Numbered from the stretch's first letter, positions 32,618 to 42,491 are shown. The stretch: 64,000 nt of DNA from a candidate division FCPU426 bacterium (GCA_027452205.1 DAIDGV010000015.1:11111-75110), one strand, 5' to 3'. Notes: generated from the letters alone by a model not told the origin. A program made the numbers and translations.

Positions 32618-33592
32618 TTAGACCCGCAAACGGTCCCGTATCGCCCTGAAGACATCTCTCAATTTCCCCACTTCATTTTGGGTCAAGGCTTCCAACCCGG
32701 CCCGTTTGATCTGAAGCCCGGCTTGGTTCAATTCGCTCATGCTTTTCGCGGTTTCCAATTTGACCTTCCAGAATTCAAAAGGACCACCGTTGCTGCTTTG
32801 GGCCAGCACTTCCATCACCGGCGCGAAGGTCCGCCGGTGCTCCGGGCAGGGTCCATGTTCCTTAATAGCTTGAATGTGGATCTCGGTGCCATAGCCTTTG
32901 TGGCCATCAAAGCCATAGACCGGGTATTTCTGATGAAGTTCTTCCATGAGGCGGTCCCGAGTCACCTTGGCAAGAATGGACGCTGCCGCGATGCTGGACG
33001 ATAAAGCATCGCCATGGATGAGAGGTTTTTGGGAGATATGAGAGAGGGACGGCAGCGGCATGGCATCGGTTAAAAGGAAATCAGGCGAAGGTTTTAGGGC
33101 CTCAATAGCCCGCTTCATCGCCAATTGGGTGGCTTTATAGATATTGAGCTCGTCGATTTCTTGAACGCTGGCTTGGCCCACGCCGTAACTGACCGCTGTA
33201 GAGCGAACCAATTCAAAAAGTTCATCCCTTTTAGCGGGGGTCAGCTTTTTAGAATCATCGACACCCTTCAAAGCGCCCGTGGGCGGCAAAATAACCGCGG
33301 CGGCCACCACCGGCCCCGCCAAAGGGCCCCGGCCCGCTTCATCCACGCCCGCGACAGCCTTGTGACCTTTCAAGAAAGCCTCTTTTTCATAACGCCAAAG
33401 GGTCTCTAATTTTTCATTTTCTTTGTCGGCTCGAGTGGCTTTCTTTTCGAACTTCTCGATGAGCTTTTGCGCGCCCGGACGGGTGTCCTGGGAAAGAGCT
33501 TTCCTGACCCAGGTCAAGGCCTCTTGGACATCATTGATCTGAAGGGCTTTTGATTCAATTTCCGCTAGCGGTTGGTTTGGCAACAGGGGCAC
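32618..33592 (-). CDS. rnhB: ribonuclease HII with ~85-aa N-terminal extension (start uncertain)
   Basis: GVDEAGRGPLAGPVVAAAVIL catalytic motif and the RNase HII core across the C-terminal ~220 aa. Confidence 0.85.
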   Translation of the reverse strand: MPLLPNQPLAEIESKALQINDVQEALTWVRKALSQDTRPGAQKLIEKFEKKATRADKENEKLETLWRYEKEAFLKGHKAVAGVDEAGRGPLAGPVVAAAVILPPTGALKGVDDSKKLTPAKRDELFELVRSTAVSYGVGQASVQEIDELNIYKATQLAMKRAIEALKPSPDFLLTDAMPLPSLSHISQKPLIHGDALSSSIAAASILAKVTRDRLMEELHQKYPVYGFDGHKGYGTEIHIQAIKEHGPCPEHRRTFAPVMEVLAQSSNGGPFEFWKVKLETAKSMSELNQAGLQIKRAGLEALTQNEVGKLRDVFRAIRDRLRV

Positions 33593-35165
33593 CCTCGGTC
33601 GAATTAGCGCTCGGTATCGCGGCGGAAGATGTCGTATTCGGGGCGGCGGTCGGTACGATCGTCGGCTCAGCGGCCAAAAGCGTGACCGGAAGGGCGTCAG
33701 CGACGGTCCGGTCCACGGTCTTGAGTGAGGCGTTCAGAACGACCGGGTATTCTTTTTTCTCACCTTTTTTTGACGAAAGCTGGACGGTGATGGTCTTAAG
33801 CGCCGAGGCGGGCAAGGACCCTAATTCCCAATCCATAGCGCCATCCTTCATTTCCCAATTGCCGCTAGGGGCGGAGGCGGTGAGCGCCGAGGCCGAACTG
33901 GATGTGGTCGTGGCGACAGCGGTGGTTGATATTGTCGGAGTCGCTGTCACGATCGCGGAAGCGGCGCTTTCCGTGGCTGGCCCGCTTGGCACAGGGGTAC
34001 CTTTAGGCTTGTAAGGTTCCAACCCCTTTGGCATTGGCAGGATAAAATCGATGGGCACCGTAGCCTTGGGGCTTTGATTGAGCAAGGTAAAAGTTACCGT
34101 CCAAAAAGGATGGCTTTTGGACGGTTTTTCGGCCACTGTTCCCTTGAAAGTGAAATCATATTTGGTCGGAGCGCCGCCAACTTGGAACTTCAGGATGGTC
34201 CCATTCTCTCCGACCATGAAACCCGTGTCTTTATAGAAGGCCATGGCATTCAAGGAAGGTTTGCTATCGGGCTTCACGTGGGATATCCAACGGGTACCAT
34301 CGTAAAAAGAGATGGTGCCGTCCTGGCCGCACAGCCAACCGTCACTGTCATCTTTCATATAAATGTTATAAAGATCGAAGCCGGAAAAGGCGCTGCCCAT
34401 CTTGCTCCATGTCGTGCCGTTGAAATTGAGGATGGTCCCGAAAGCCCCCACTGCCCAGGCCTGCACATCGCTGAGGACCGACACCGAATTGAGCCTTTCG
34501 GTAGTGGGGCTGATGGCGCTGGTCCATTTTTGTCCATCGAACTTGAGCAGGAAACCCAGGTTGCCCACCGCCCATCCATTGTTCTGGTCCGAAAGGCTGA
34601 TGCTGTAAATATCGTTCGTAAAGGTCGTCGAGCTGGAAGGCCCCCCGATGGTCACCGGCGCCCAGGTAATACCGTTATAGTTCAGGACCGTGCCCGTGGA
34701 CCCCACCGCCCAGATGGTGCGGGACCGGGTGACCGCCATACCGTAAAGGATCTCGGTGGTCGGAGAGAGATCCTGGGTCCATTTGCCGTTGTTGTAATGA
34801 AGAATGATGCCGTGGGTACCGCCGATCCAACCCTCGTTCTCGTTATAGAACCCGATACTCATGAAGTTCTCGTTCTGTCCCAGCCCCACTTGGACCTTGT
34901 TCCAGGTCTCCCCGTCATATTGCAGGACCAATCCATTGTTGCCGCAGGCCCAGCCATTCTTCTTATTGAGCAAATAGACCGCGTTGATGGAATCGGATAC
35001 TGGGTTTTGCAGTGGGAAATTGGACCAGTAAATGACAGTGGAATCGGCGTTATCGGCGGAATCGACCTTGGAGGCGTTCGCCGGGGAAAGGGGGCTGACC
35101 GCCCCGCTGCCGTTGCAGCCGGCCAGGGGAAGGGCCATAAGGAATAGGAGTAGCAAACGTTTCAT
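33555..35165 (-). CDS. Ycf48/BNR-like beta-propeller lipoprotein with long Ser/Thr/Ala-rich C-terminal tail (ORF track start 35222 is an upstream TTG)
   Basis: Lipoprotein signal MKRLLLLFLMALPLAGC. Repeated W/G-containing blades follow (NGWACGNNGLVLQYDGETW; EGWIGGTHGIILHYNNGKW). The C-terminal ~170 aa are low complexity. Confidence 0.55.
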   Translation of the reverse strand: MKRLLLLFLMALPLAGCNGSGAVSPLSPANASKVDSADNADSTVIYWSNFPLQNPVSDSINAVYLLNKKNGWACGNNGLVLQYDGETWNKVQVGLGQNENFMSIGFYNENEGWIGGTHGIILHYNNGKWTQDLSPTTEILYGMAVTRSRTIWAVGSTGTVLNYNGITWAPVTIGGPSSSTTFTNDIYSISLSDQNNGWAVGNLGFLLKFDGQKWTSAISPTTERLNSVSVLSDVQAWAVGAFGTILNFNGTTWSKMGSAFSGFDLYNIYMKDDSDGWLCGQDGTISFYDGTRWISHVKPDSKPSLNAMAFYKDTGFMVGENGTILKFQVGGAPTKYDFTFKGTVAEKPSKSHPFWTVTFTLLNQSPKATVPIDFILPMPKGLEPYKPKGTPVPSGPATESAASAIVTATPTISTTAVATTTSSSASALTASAPSGNWEMKDGAMDWELGSLPASALKTITVQLSSKKGEKKEYPVVLNASLKTVDRTVADALPVTLLAAEPTIVPTAAPNTTSSAAIPSANSTEGAPVAKPTASGN

Positions 35166-35220
35166 GGCGCATATCCTACCCTCACCTACCCGAAGTCGCA
35201 AGAATGGCAGGAGCTGAAAC

Positions 35221-35257
35221 AAAAAAACCGCCCCAGGAAACTGGGGCGGTTTGATTT
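35221..35257 (-). terminator. rho-independent terminator after rplS
   Basis: AAAAAAACCGCCCCAG-gaaa-CTGGGGCGGTTTGATTT, a 10-bp stem. On the minus strand it is followed by TTTTTTTGTTT. Confidence 0.6.
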
Positions 35258-35277
35258 ATAAAACAAATTCCGGCTGA

Positions 35278-35712
35278 TTAGGCCTTGGTTTCCTCGGCAG
35301 CAGCGGCCGGAGCTTCGGCTTGAGCCGATTCCACGGCGCCTTCTTGAGGAACCTTCGCGCCCTTCTTGTTTTCTTGGATGCGGGCATCCTTCTTGTTGAG
35401 CTTGCCGCGCAGGTAGAACAACTTGGCCCGGCGGACTTTACCCGAACGGGTCACCTTGACTTCTTTGACCATCGGCGATTGATAGTAGAAGGTCTTCTCG
35501 ACGCCGACGCCGTAAGAGATCTTGCGAACGGTGAACTTCATCTTCGCGCCCTTGTTCTGGATGGCCGTGACCACGCCTTCATAGGCCTGGATACGTTCCT
35601 TCTCGCCTTCCTTGATGCGGAGGGACACCTTCACGGTATCGCCCACGCGGAAAGGGGCCGCGCCTTTGCGGATAATTTGGCTTTCTTCGATTTTCTTGAT
35701 AATTGCGTTCAT
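35278..35712 (-). CDS. rplS: 50S ribosomal protein L19 with C-terminal extension
   Basis: [12 protein letters not shown]...FRVGDTVKV...RIQAYEGVV, a classic L19. Confidence 0.9.
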   Translation of the reverse strand: MNAIIKKIEESQIIRKGAAPFRVGDTVKVSLRIKEGEKERIQAYEGVVTAIQNKGAKMKFTVRKISYGVGVEKTFYYQSPMVKEVKVTRSGKVRRAKLFYLRGKLNKKDARIQENKKGAKVPQEGAVESAQAEAPAAAAEETKA

Positions 35713-35774
35713 CTTCGTCTCCTGCTTCTTTCAACTGCCAAGGTCATTGGCAAAATTTAACGGAACATTTCGGG

Positions 35775-36524
35775 CTATTCGCCCTTTTGGATCTCTTTTT
35801 CGATCTCGATCAAGAGCTTCCGGTCCCCCTCCGTCAGGGTGACCTTTTGTAAAAGGTCGGGTCTTTTCAGAAGCGTGTTCTTTAAAGACTCTTTTCGGCG
35901 CCACCGCTCGATATGAGCATGGTTTCCGTTCATCAACACATCCGGTACGTCCATCCCCCGGTAAGAGCGGGGACGAGTATAGTGCGGATAGTCCAACAAT
36001 CCATTAAAAAAGCTGTCCTTCTCAACGGATTCCTGGTCTCCCACAACGCCCGGTAGGAACCGCACCAGGGCGTCCACAATCACCGCTGCGGCGGATTCCC
36101 CGCCGGTAAGGACAAAATCCCCGAGACTGATCTCCTCGTCGATCTTCCCCATCACCCTTTCGTCCAGGCCCTCATAGTGGCCGCACACGAAAAGGAGCGA
36201 CTTCTCTTTAGCCAGTCGCTGGGCTACGGCTTGGTCAAACTTCTTTCCCTGGGGGGAAAGGAAAATCGTCCTTACCTTCTTGCGCCCCTTCTTGATGTCG
36301 GCCATGGCCTTCAACAAGGGTTCGGGCTTCATCACCATCCCGGCGCCGCCCCCATAGGGCACGTCGTCGGTGGTGCGGTGCTTATCGTTCGCCCAATCGC
36401 GAAGCTGATGCAGCCGGATGTCCAGCGCCTTCTTCGCCACCGCGCGTTTGACCATGCTGACCGTAAAAGGCCCCTCGAAGTACTCGGGAAACAGCGTCAG
36501 GATGTCAATCCGCGGTTTGTTCAT
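35775..36524 (-). CDS. trmD: tRNA (guanine37-N1)-methyltransferase
   Basis: TrmD SPOUT fold motifs (IDILTLFPE, VPYGGGAGMV, CGHYEGLDERV). Confidence 0.9.
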   Translation of the reverse strand: MNKPRIDILTLFPEYFEGPFTVSMVKRAVAKKALDIRLHQLRDWANDKHRTTDDVPYGGGAGMVMKPEPLLKAMADIKKGRKKVRTIFLSPQGKKFDQAVAQRLAKEKSLLFVCGHYEGLDERVMGKIDEEISLGDFVLTGGESAAAVIVDALVRFLPGVVGDQESVEKDSFFNGLLDYPHYTRPRSYRGMDVPDVLMNGNHAHIERWRRKESLKNTLLKRPDLLQKVTLTEGDRKLLIEIEKEIQKGE

Positions 36525-37065
36525 CGATCTCTTCCGGCAGATCCACCACTAGTTTCCGGGCCTTCAGATCGATCTTCCCGATGATCGATTTCAAAGCCGG
36601 GATCAAAACTTCCCTTCCATTGGCCCGCACAACCAGCACCGCGTTGGCCACGCCTTCCATCACTTCTTCAACCTTGCCCAAAGAACGACCGTCAGTGTTC
36701 TCCACCGTCATGTCCAGCAGATCATCGATATAGAAGTGATCCTCGGGCAGTTCTTCTCGTTCCGCCGAGGGAATCGCGACAACTACACCTCGAAGGGATT
36801 CCGCTTCTTCGGTTCCCTGCACTTCTTTGAATCGGACCACCACATCACCATCGTTATGCACGAAGCCCCGCATGACCGAGACCCGTTTCAATTCTTTTCC
36901 GTTCTTCACCAACCTCAAACTCTTGCAAGAGGTCAATCGTTCCAACCCAGAGCAGGTAAGGTTGATCTTCACCTCGCCCTTAAGCCCGTGGGGCCGGACA
37001 ATGGTCCCCAGCACGATGAAATCACCGGCGGGGCTGACGTTTGAAGGTTCGGGAGTGTTACTCAA
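36505..37065 (-). CDS. rimM: 16S rRNA processing protein RimM
   Basis: A RimM N-terminal barrel (LGTIVRPHGLKGEVK) plus a PRC barrel. It sits in the conserved position of the operon. Confidence 0.85.
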   Translation of the reverse strand: MSNTPEPSNVSPAGDFIVLGTIVRPHGLKGEVKINLTCSGLERLTSCKSLRLVKNGKELKRVSVMRGFVHNDGDVVVRFKEVQGTEEAESLRGVVVAIPSAEREELPEDHFYIDDLLDMTVENTDGRSLGKVEEVMEGVANAVLVVRANGREVLIPALKSIIGKIDLKARKLVVDLPEEIDEQTAD

Positions 37066-37303
37066 CGACTTCGAGAGAGTACTTCAAACCATGCTTGGCG
37101 CAGGAAGCCGAGACCAAGGTGCGGAGCGCCTTGATGGTACGGCCTTGCTTGCCGATGATCTTGCCGTAATCTTCCTTGGACACACGCAGTTCCAAGACCG
37201 TCAAATTACCTTCCAACCTTTGCTCGATGCCCACGTTCTCCGGCTTATCGACCAGCGACTTGGCCACGAACTCGATCAATTCTTTCATTCTGAACCTCGC
37301 CAA
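37058..37303 (-). CDS. KH-domain RNA-binding protein (UPF0109/YlqC-like)
   Basis: 81 aa, KELIEFVAKSLVD...IGKIIGKQGRTIKALRTL, with the GxxG of a KH fold. Confidence 0.75.
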   Translation of the reverse strand: MARFRMKELIEFVAKSLVDKPENVGIEQRLEGNLTVLELRVSKEDYGKIIGKQGRTIKALRTLVSASCAKHGLKYSLEVVE

Positions 37304-37451
37304 GAGCCCAAAGCCCTTGCTTGTATTTGCTAGTTAACAGTGTGCTAAAAATTGCCTTTCACACTGTCGACGGCCATGAGTTAGGAGCAAATCTTTAAAT
37401 TTGCGACACATATACGAAAAAGTCCGCTCCTTAGACTTTTTCACCCTTCCG

Positions 37452-37703
37452 TCAGAGAGCGACGCCAGCTTTGGTCAAGATGGTTTGAACGGAGTCCGTC
37501 GGGACCGCACCCTTCTTCACCCATTCAGCGATAGCTTCTTTTTTCAGGTTGAGAACTTGGTTCTCTTCTTTAGCGCGCGGGTTGTAAGTACCCAGATCTT
37601 GGATACGACGGCCTTTGCCCGAGAATTGGGAATCTAAAACCACGATGCGATACGTCGGTTTCTTATTGCTGCCCATGCGTTTTAAACGGATCTTCAGTGC
37701 CAC
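37452..37703 (-). CDS. rpsP: 30S ribosomal protein S16 (GTG start; ORF track over-extends to 37790)
   Basis: (V)ALKIRLKRMGSNKKPTYRIVV. GTG at 37701-37703 with GGAGG 5 nt upstream. Confidence 0.9.
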   Translation of the reverse strand: MALKIRLKRMGSNKKPTYRIVVLDSQFSGKGRRIQDLGTYNPRAKEENQVLNLKKEAIAEWVKKGAVPTDSVQTILTKAGVAL

Positions 37704-37884
37704 ATTTCCTCCTAAAGGAAAACAAACTAATGATTTGGTGCTTTCACGGGACTTCAATGGAGCCGCGCGCCTGGTCCACCTGGGACACAAGGGAGCAAAT
37801 TCTAGAAATAGGCCCCTGCTTTGTCAAGAAAATAGGCCTAAATCAAGGGTTTTGGGAGCTTTGGGAATGAAAACGAAGGAAAAA

Positions 37885-37960
37885 TGGAGCTGGGGACCGG
37901 GAACGATCCGGCGACCTACTGTTTACGAAACAGTTGCTCTACCAACTGAGCTACCCCAGC
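37885..37960 (-). tRNA. tRNA-Thr (anticodon CGT), CCA encoded
   Basis: The reverse complement is GCTGGGGTAGCTCAGTTGGTAGAGCAACTGTTTCGTAAACAGTAGGTCGCCGGATCGTTCCCGGTCCCCAGCTCCA, with anticodon loop TTCGTAA. Confidence 0.9.
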
Positions 37961-38102
37961 CCGAGGTGAAGGCCCGTTTTTAATGGGCCGCCCTACACCG
38001 AGCCCACCAGGCGAGGCGTGGGACTTGGTCACGCCATTCCAACGGAAATGGTGTTTCAAGGGAGAGGAATCTTACTCACCCTCGCCCTGCCCGTCAATCC
38101 GC

Positions 38103-38300
38103 TTACTTCGACACATCCTCGATCAGGCCTAAACAGACCAATTCGACCGCCAGCCAGACCGTGGCATAAATGATGAAATCCGAGATCAAATGACGGCCCG
38201 CGCCCAAAGCATAGCTGAACAGGGAGAAAACCGTGTAATTCAAGAACCACAGCACGATCGCCAACCGGGGTAAACTGAAATTCTTCATCGAACCCTCCAT
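38103..38300 (-). CDS. small membrane protein, hypothetical (65 aa)
   Basis: Two hydrophobic helices, 10 bp downstream of ruvA. Coding status is uncertain. Confidence 0.3.
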   Translation of the reverse strand: MEGSMKNFSLPRLAIVLWFLNYTVFSLFSYALGAGRHLISDFIIYATVWLAVELVCLGLIEDVSK

Positions 38301-38310
38301 CTGGATCGGA

Positions 38311-38946
38311 TCAACCGACCACTGATTTTAAACTAGCCCTAAGGACTTCCTCAACCGTCGCTTTATCGCCTAAAGCCTGCATCGAGGACAAGACCGCCCG
38401 GCGAGATTCCACCGCCGAATAGCCCAGGGCCATCATGGCCTGCAGCGCGTCGGATAGGGCCTTGGACTCGGACCCTAAAACGCTCTCCTCGTTCAATACT
38501 CCCGCCCCCATCATTTTGGTTACCTTGTCCTTCAGCTCCAGAACCAAATGCTGGGCCGTTTTTTGACCGATACCGGGGATGGACTTGAGTCCCCCCAGGT
38601 CATTGCGTAGGATCGCCTCAAAAAAAGCTTCCGGTGAATAGGTGGACAGCATGTTCATCGCCGCCTTGGGCCCCACCCCGGACACCGACAAAGCCATCAA
38701 GAAGGCCTGCTTCTCCGAGTCTTTCAAAAAACCGAACAACTGTTGCGTGTCTTCCCTCACATGCAGATAGGTCTTGAGCGTCACGCCCTTCCCCACCGCC
38801 GGGACCGCTTGGAGCGTCTTTTGGGAAACGAAGATCTCATAACCCACGCCATTCACATCCACTTCGACCCGGTCCGCCAGTTTCGCGGCCAACACACCCT
38901 GCAAAAAGGCGATCACAAGCCCTCCAAAAACCATCGGAAATTTCAA
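38311..38946 (-). CDS. ruvA: Holliday junction branch migration complex subunit RuvA
   Basis: VEVDVNGVGYEIFVS, tandem HhH motifs, and the C-terminal domain III. Confidence 0.85.
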   Translation of the reverse strand: MKFPMVFGGLVIAFLQGVLAAKLADRVEVDVNGVGYEIFVSQKTLQAVPAVGKGVTLKTYLHVREDTQQLFGFLKDSEKQAFLMALSVSGVGPKAAMNMLSTYSPEAFFEAILRNDLGGLKSIPGIGQKTAQHLVLELKDKVTKMMGAGVLNEESVLGSESKALSDALQAMMALGYSAVESRRAVLSSMQALGDKATVEEVLRASLKSVVG

Positions 38947-38999
38947 ATCTTAAATTTTTAATTCTTAATTTAAAACTCAAAATTCCGCCCTTTGGGCGA
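38941..38999. repeat. AT-rich intergenic repeat (AATTCTTAATT family) between the Zn-ribbon gene and ruvA
   Basis: AAATCTTAAATTTTTAATTCTTAATTTAAAACTCAAAATTCC, closely similar to 58936-58965 and 59011-59045. Confidence 0.4.
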
Positions 39000-39572
39000 T
39001 TAATCTTCCAAGAACTTCAAATGCACCAAGATATGCAGCAGTTCTTCCACCTGGGTCAGGGCCGGCACGTCCTTGTTCTGGGTGGCCGCGTACCAGAAGG
39101 ACACGACGTTGGAATCCAACCAGATGCCCTTGGTCTCGAAATCCTCGTCGATAACTAAAGCTTTATAGAAATGCTCGTCCAACTCATTAGGCGAAATAGG
39201 GCTAGTCAAGCCCGAGGAACGCAGCTTGATATGTTCTTTGGCTTGGTTGAAATAACGTTGGTCCTCTTCGTTCAGGTTCTCGAAGACCACCTGGGCCGCT
39301 TCGCGGTCGATGCCCTCCAGGATGCTCTTATCGACCCACACACCCATATTCTGATCGTCCCACAGGTACTCATGACCTTGGTGTTCCAAAAGGACCATGG
39401 GTTGGCCGCTATCCGGGCTGATCTTGTCGGTCTTGCCCTTGTTCTCGGTATCTTTCAAGAAATCCTCAGCGGTGACATTGAACTTTTCATCCACCGGGTA
39501 TCCGCATTCGGCGCAATAACGGGCGTTATCGGCCAGCTTAACATGGCAATTTTTGCATTTCGCTAAAGACAT
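39000..39572 (-). CDS. zinc-ribbon domain protein, hypothetical (190 aa), inserted between ruvC and ruvA
   Basis: An N-terminal CKNCH...CAECG zinc ribbon; the remainder is acidic with no recognisable family. Confidence 0.5.
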   Translation of the reverse strand: MSLAKCKNCHVKLADNARYCAECGYPVDEKFNVTAEDFLKDTENKGKTDKISPDSGQPMVLLEHQGHEYLWDDQNMGVWVDKSILEGIDREAAQVVFENLNEEDQRYFNQAKEHIKLRSSGLTSPISPNELDEHFYKALVIDEDFETKGIWLDSNVVSFWYAATQNKDVPALTQVEELLHILVHLKFLED

Positions 39573-39580
39573 AGATTCTC

Positions 39581-40150
39581 CTATCGTTTCAAAAACGTCG
39601 AGTTCACTGGGCTCTTCGAGAGCCGTTTCACCGCTTCCGACAACTGAGTTCCCGAACTTTGCGCGTGCGCGATGGCAATGGCCAAGGCGTCCGCCGTGTC
39701 GTCAGGCTTTGGGACCTCTTGAAGACCCAACAACAACTTCACCATCTTCTGCACTTGCTGCTTATCCGCGGCACCGAATCCGGCCACCGCTTGTTTGACT
39801 TCCGACGGCTTGTACTCAAAAATCGGCACCTTCGCTAAACCGCAGGCCAATAGGGCCACACCCCGGGCCTGCCCCACCGCGATCGCCGTTTTGACGTTGC
39901 GGGAAAAAAACAACTCTTCCATCGCCACCACATCCGGCTTGGCCTTTTTCAGGACCCGTTGGACCTTTTCGAACATCACCGCCAGCCGTTCTTCCAGCGG
40001 CGTATGGGCTTCCGTCGTCAAGGTACCGTAATCCAACGCCTTGAGCTGGCTACCCTTCTGTGTCACCACCCCATAACCCATCCGAGCCAACCCTGGATCG
40101 ATCCCGAGAACGATCTTGGGCACAAAGGCCTGGAGTTTCTTATCGATCAA
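39581..40150 (-). CDS. ruvC: crossover junction endodeoxyribonuclease RuvC
   Basis: ILGIDPGLARMGYGVV in the RNase H-like fold, plus a conserved acidic catalytic residue context. Confidence 0.85.
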   Translation of the reverse strand: MIDKKLQAFVPKIVLGIDPGLARMGYGVVTQKGSQLKALDYGTLTTEAHTPLEERLAVMFEKVQRVLKKAKPDVVAMEELFFSRNVKTAIAVGQARGVALLACGLAKVPIFEYKPSEVKQAVAGFGAADKQQVQKMVKLLLGLQEVPKPDDTADALAIAIAHAQSSGTQLSEAVKRLSKSPVNSTFLKR

Positions 40151-40889
40151 GCTTCGCCATGATCTCGTCGCTCACCTCGAAATTCGCGTAGACGTTCTGC
40201 ACATCCTCGTAATCGTCCAACGCGTCATAGAGATTCAAGACCGACGAGGCCTTTTTTTCGTCCAAGACCACGGTGGTCTTGGGAATGAACGTCACTTCCG
40301 CGCTTTCGGCGGCGATCTTTTTGTCCTCGATCGCCTTCTTCACCTGGTCGAAAGCTTCCGGCGGGGTAAGGATTTCATATACATCCGCCTTGTCCGTTTT
40401 CAGGTCTTCCGCGCCGGCTTCCAATACCAAACCCATCAGGTCATCTTCGCCGATGGCGTCTTTCTTCACGATCAACTGTCCCTTCTTTTCAAAGAGAAAC
40501 GACACTGAGCCGGAAGCACCCATGTTGCCGCCATTCTTGTCGAAAATGGAACGGATATCCGCCGCGGTCCGGTTGCGATTGTCCGTCACCGCTTCGACTA
40601 GAACAGCCACACCGGCAGGGGCGTAACCTTCATAGACGACTTCTTCGATGGCCGCCGACGCTTCGGCGCCCGTCCCCTTATTGATCGCCCTTTTGACCGT
40701 ATCCATGGGCATGCTGACTTCTTTAGCTTTTAAAAGGATCGCGCGCAACCGAACATTGGAATCCGGGTCACCGCCAGACTTAGCGGCCAATTGAATCTCC
40801 TTGGACAAACGGGAAAAGATCTTTCCGCGCTTTTCATCCAAGGCGCCCTTGTATCTTTTGACCTTCGACCACTTACTATGTCCGCTCAT
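40140..40889 (-). CDS. yebC: YebC/PmpR-family transcriptional regulator
   Basis: MSGHSKWSKVKRYKGALDEKRGKIFSRLSKEI, the canonical YebC N-terminus. Confidence 0.9.
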   Translation of the reverse strand: MSGHSKWSKVKRYKGALDEKRGKIFSRLSKEIQLAAKSGGDPDSNVRLRAILLKAKEVSMPMDTVKRAINKGTGAEASAAIEEVVYEGYAPAGVAVLVEAVTDNRNRTAADIRSIFDKNGGNMGASGSVSFLFEKKGQLIVKKDAIGEDDLMGLVLEAGAEDLKTDKADVYEILTPPEAFDQVKKAIEDKKIAAESAEVTFIPKTTVVLDEKKASSVLNLYDALDDYEDVQNVYANFEVSDEIMAKLDR

Positions 40890-41154
40890 GCCTAGCCTCT
40901 AATTTTCTAAGTAAAAAGTTCACAAACTTCGCTTTTTCCGACCGAACTGCCTTTGAGCTTTTTTTTCCCGTCGAAAAATAAAGGTTTTCGATGAAAAAAA
41001 AGTGCCCTTAAACGACAAAAGGCCGCTTTCTTGACGGGAAAACCCAAGAAAGCGAACCTTTGTTGAGAGGAATTATATCGTAGGGTAATTGGCGATAGCC
41101 AGAGAAAAGGCATTAAGAAAGAGGCAAAACCACGAATTTAGAGGGATTTTACCG

Positions 41155-42399
41155 CTATTGCGAAACGATCTTGAGGAAAACCTTACCCGCCCGGATCAGT
41201 CCGGCCTCACCGGCGGTCAAGTCAATCGCTTCGCTGAAGGACACGACCTTCCGTTTTTCTTGGGCACCGTTCACCCATTCCACCGCGCCTTGTTCGATGA
41301 GACGCTTTGCGTCGCTCTTGGATTTGACGATACCGACGGCCACCATGAAATCCGCGGCTTTATAGGAACCGGGCGCCATCGGGACTTGTTTGTAATCGAC
41401 CGATTGATCCAAGTTGTGGCGGTTCTCGAAATAGTTCCAAGCTTCTTGGGCTTTGGTCTCGTCATAGAAACGGCGGGTGATTTCCTTAGCGAGCTCTTGT
41501 TTGGCTTGCTTCGGATGATAAGACCCATTGGCCACTTCGGTCTTGCGGGCCTGCCAGGCAGCCGCTGGCATATCGGACAACAGTTCGTAATATTTCCACA
41601 TTAGCTCATCCGAAACGCTCATCAGCTTAGCGAACATTTGGTTCGGCTCTTCGGTCACACCCACATAATTGCCCAGGCTCTTGGACATTTTCTTGACCCC
41701 GTCCAATCCTTCCAAGATCGGCATAGCGATGATGACCTCTGCTTTTTGACCCGCTTCTTCCTGCAGAGCCCGGCCGACCAGGCAGTTGAACTTTTGGTCG
41801 GTGCCGCACATTTCGATATCGGACTCCAAGGCCACCGAATCGTAACCCTGGATGAGCGGATACAAAAGCTCATGCATGCTGATGGGTTTTTGTTCTTTCA
41901 TGCGGTTGGTGAAGTCATCCCTTTCCAGGATGCGGGCAACCGTGTATTTGGATGTGAGGCGGATGACATCCTCAAAGGACATGGGCCGACACCATTCGCT
42001 GTTGTAGCGGATCTCGATCTTGGCTGGGTCCTTGTCCAAGATCTTGAAGATCTGTTCTTGGTAGGTCTTGGCATTCGATTCCACTTCTTCGCGGGTCAGG
42101 GGCTTGCGAGTGACCGACTTGCCCGTTGGGTCGCCGATCATGGCGGTAAAATCGCCCATGAGGAATTGAACTTTGTGCCCAAGGTCCTGGAATTGACGAA
42201 GCTTACGAAGGACTACCGTATGGCCCAGATGGATATCCGGCGCAGTGGGGTCCGCCCCCATCTTCACCTTCAGGGGCCGACCCTCTTTGTAGGACTCTTT
42301 AAGCTTCTCGAGCAATTCATGCTTCGAGATGACTTCGGCGACGCCTTGAAGGAGCAACTCCAACTGTTGTTCCGGGGTATGGGTAAAAGTGGTTTTCAT
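41155..42399 (-). CDS. tyrS: tyrosine--tRNA ligase with C-terminal S4 domain (start re-placed at ATG 42399; ORF track begins at TTG 42453)
   Basis: [19 protein letters not shown] (HIGH), KMSKSLGN, and a C-terminal S4-like domain. Confidence 0.9.
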   Translation of the reverse strand: MKTTFTHTPEQQLELLLQGVAEVISKHELLEKLKESYKEGRPLKVKMGADPTAPDIHLGHTVVLRKLRQFQDLGHKVQFLMGDFTAMIGDPTGKSVTRKPLTREEVESNAKTYQEQIFKILDKDPAKIEIRYNSEWCRPMSFEDVIRLTSKYTVARILERDDFTNRMKEQKPISMHELLYPLIQGYDSVALESDIEMCGTDQKFNCLVGRALQEEAGQKAEVIIAMPILEGLDGVKKMSKSLGNYVGVTEEPNQMFAKLMSVSDELMWKYYELLSDMPAAAWQARKTEVANGSYHPKQAKQELAKEITRRFYDETKAQEAWNYFENRHNLDQSVDYKQVPMAPGSYKAADFMVAVGIVKSKSDAKRLIEQGAVEWVNGAQEKRKVVSFSEAIDLTAGEAGLIRAGKVFLKIVSQ

Positions 42400-42491
42400 A
42401 GGGGCGTCATCATAACAAAAGAGCGCAGGTTTTTGGCCTTCCACCAACGCCAAAAGAAGCCTAACCCGCTGGTCAAAACAGGGCCGAAAGC

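Noticed and set aside
37615-37983. 122-aa plus-strand ORF overlapping tRNA-Thr
   Set aside because: It overlaps a clear tRNA on the opposite strand and the rpsP upstream region, and has no coding features.
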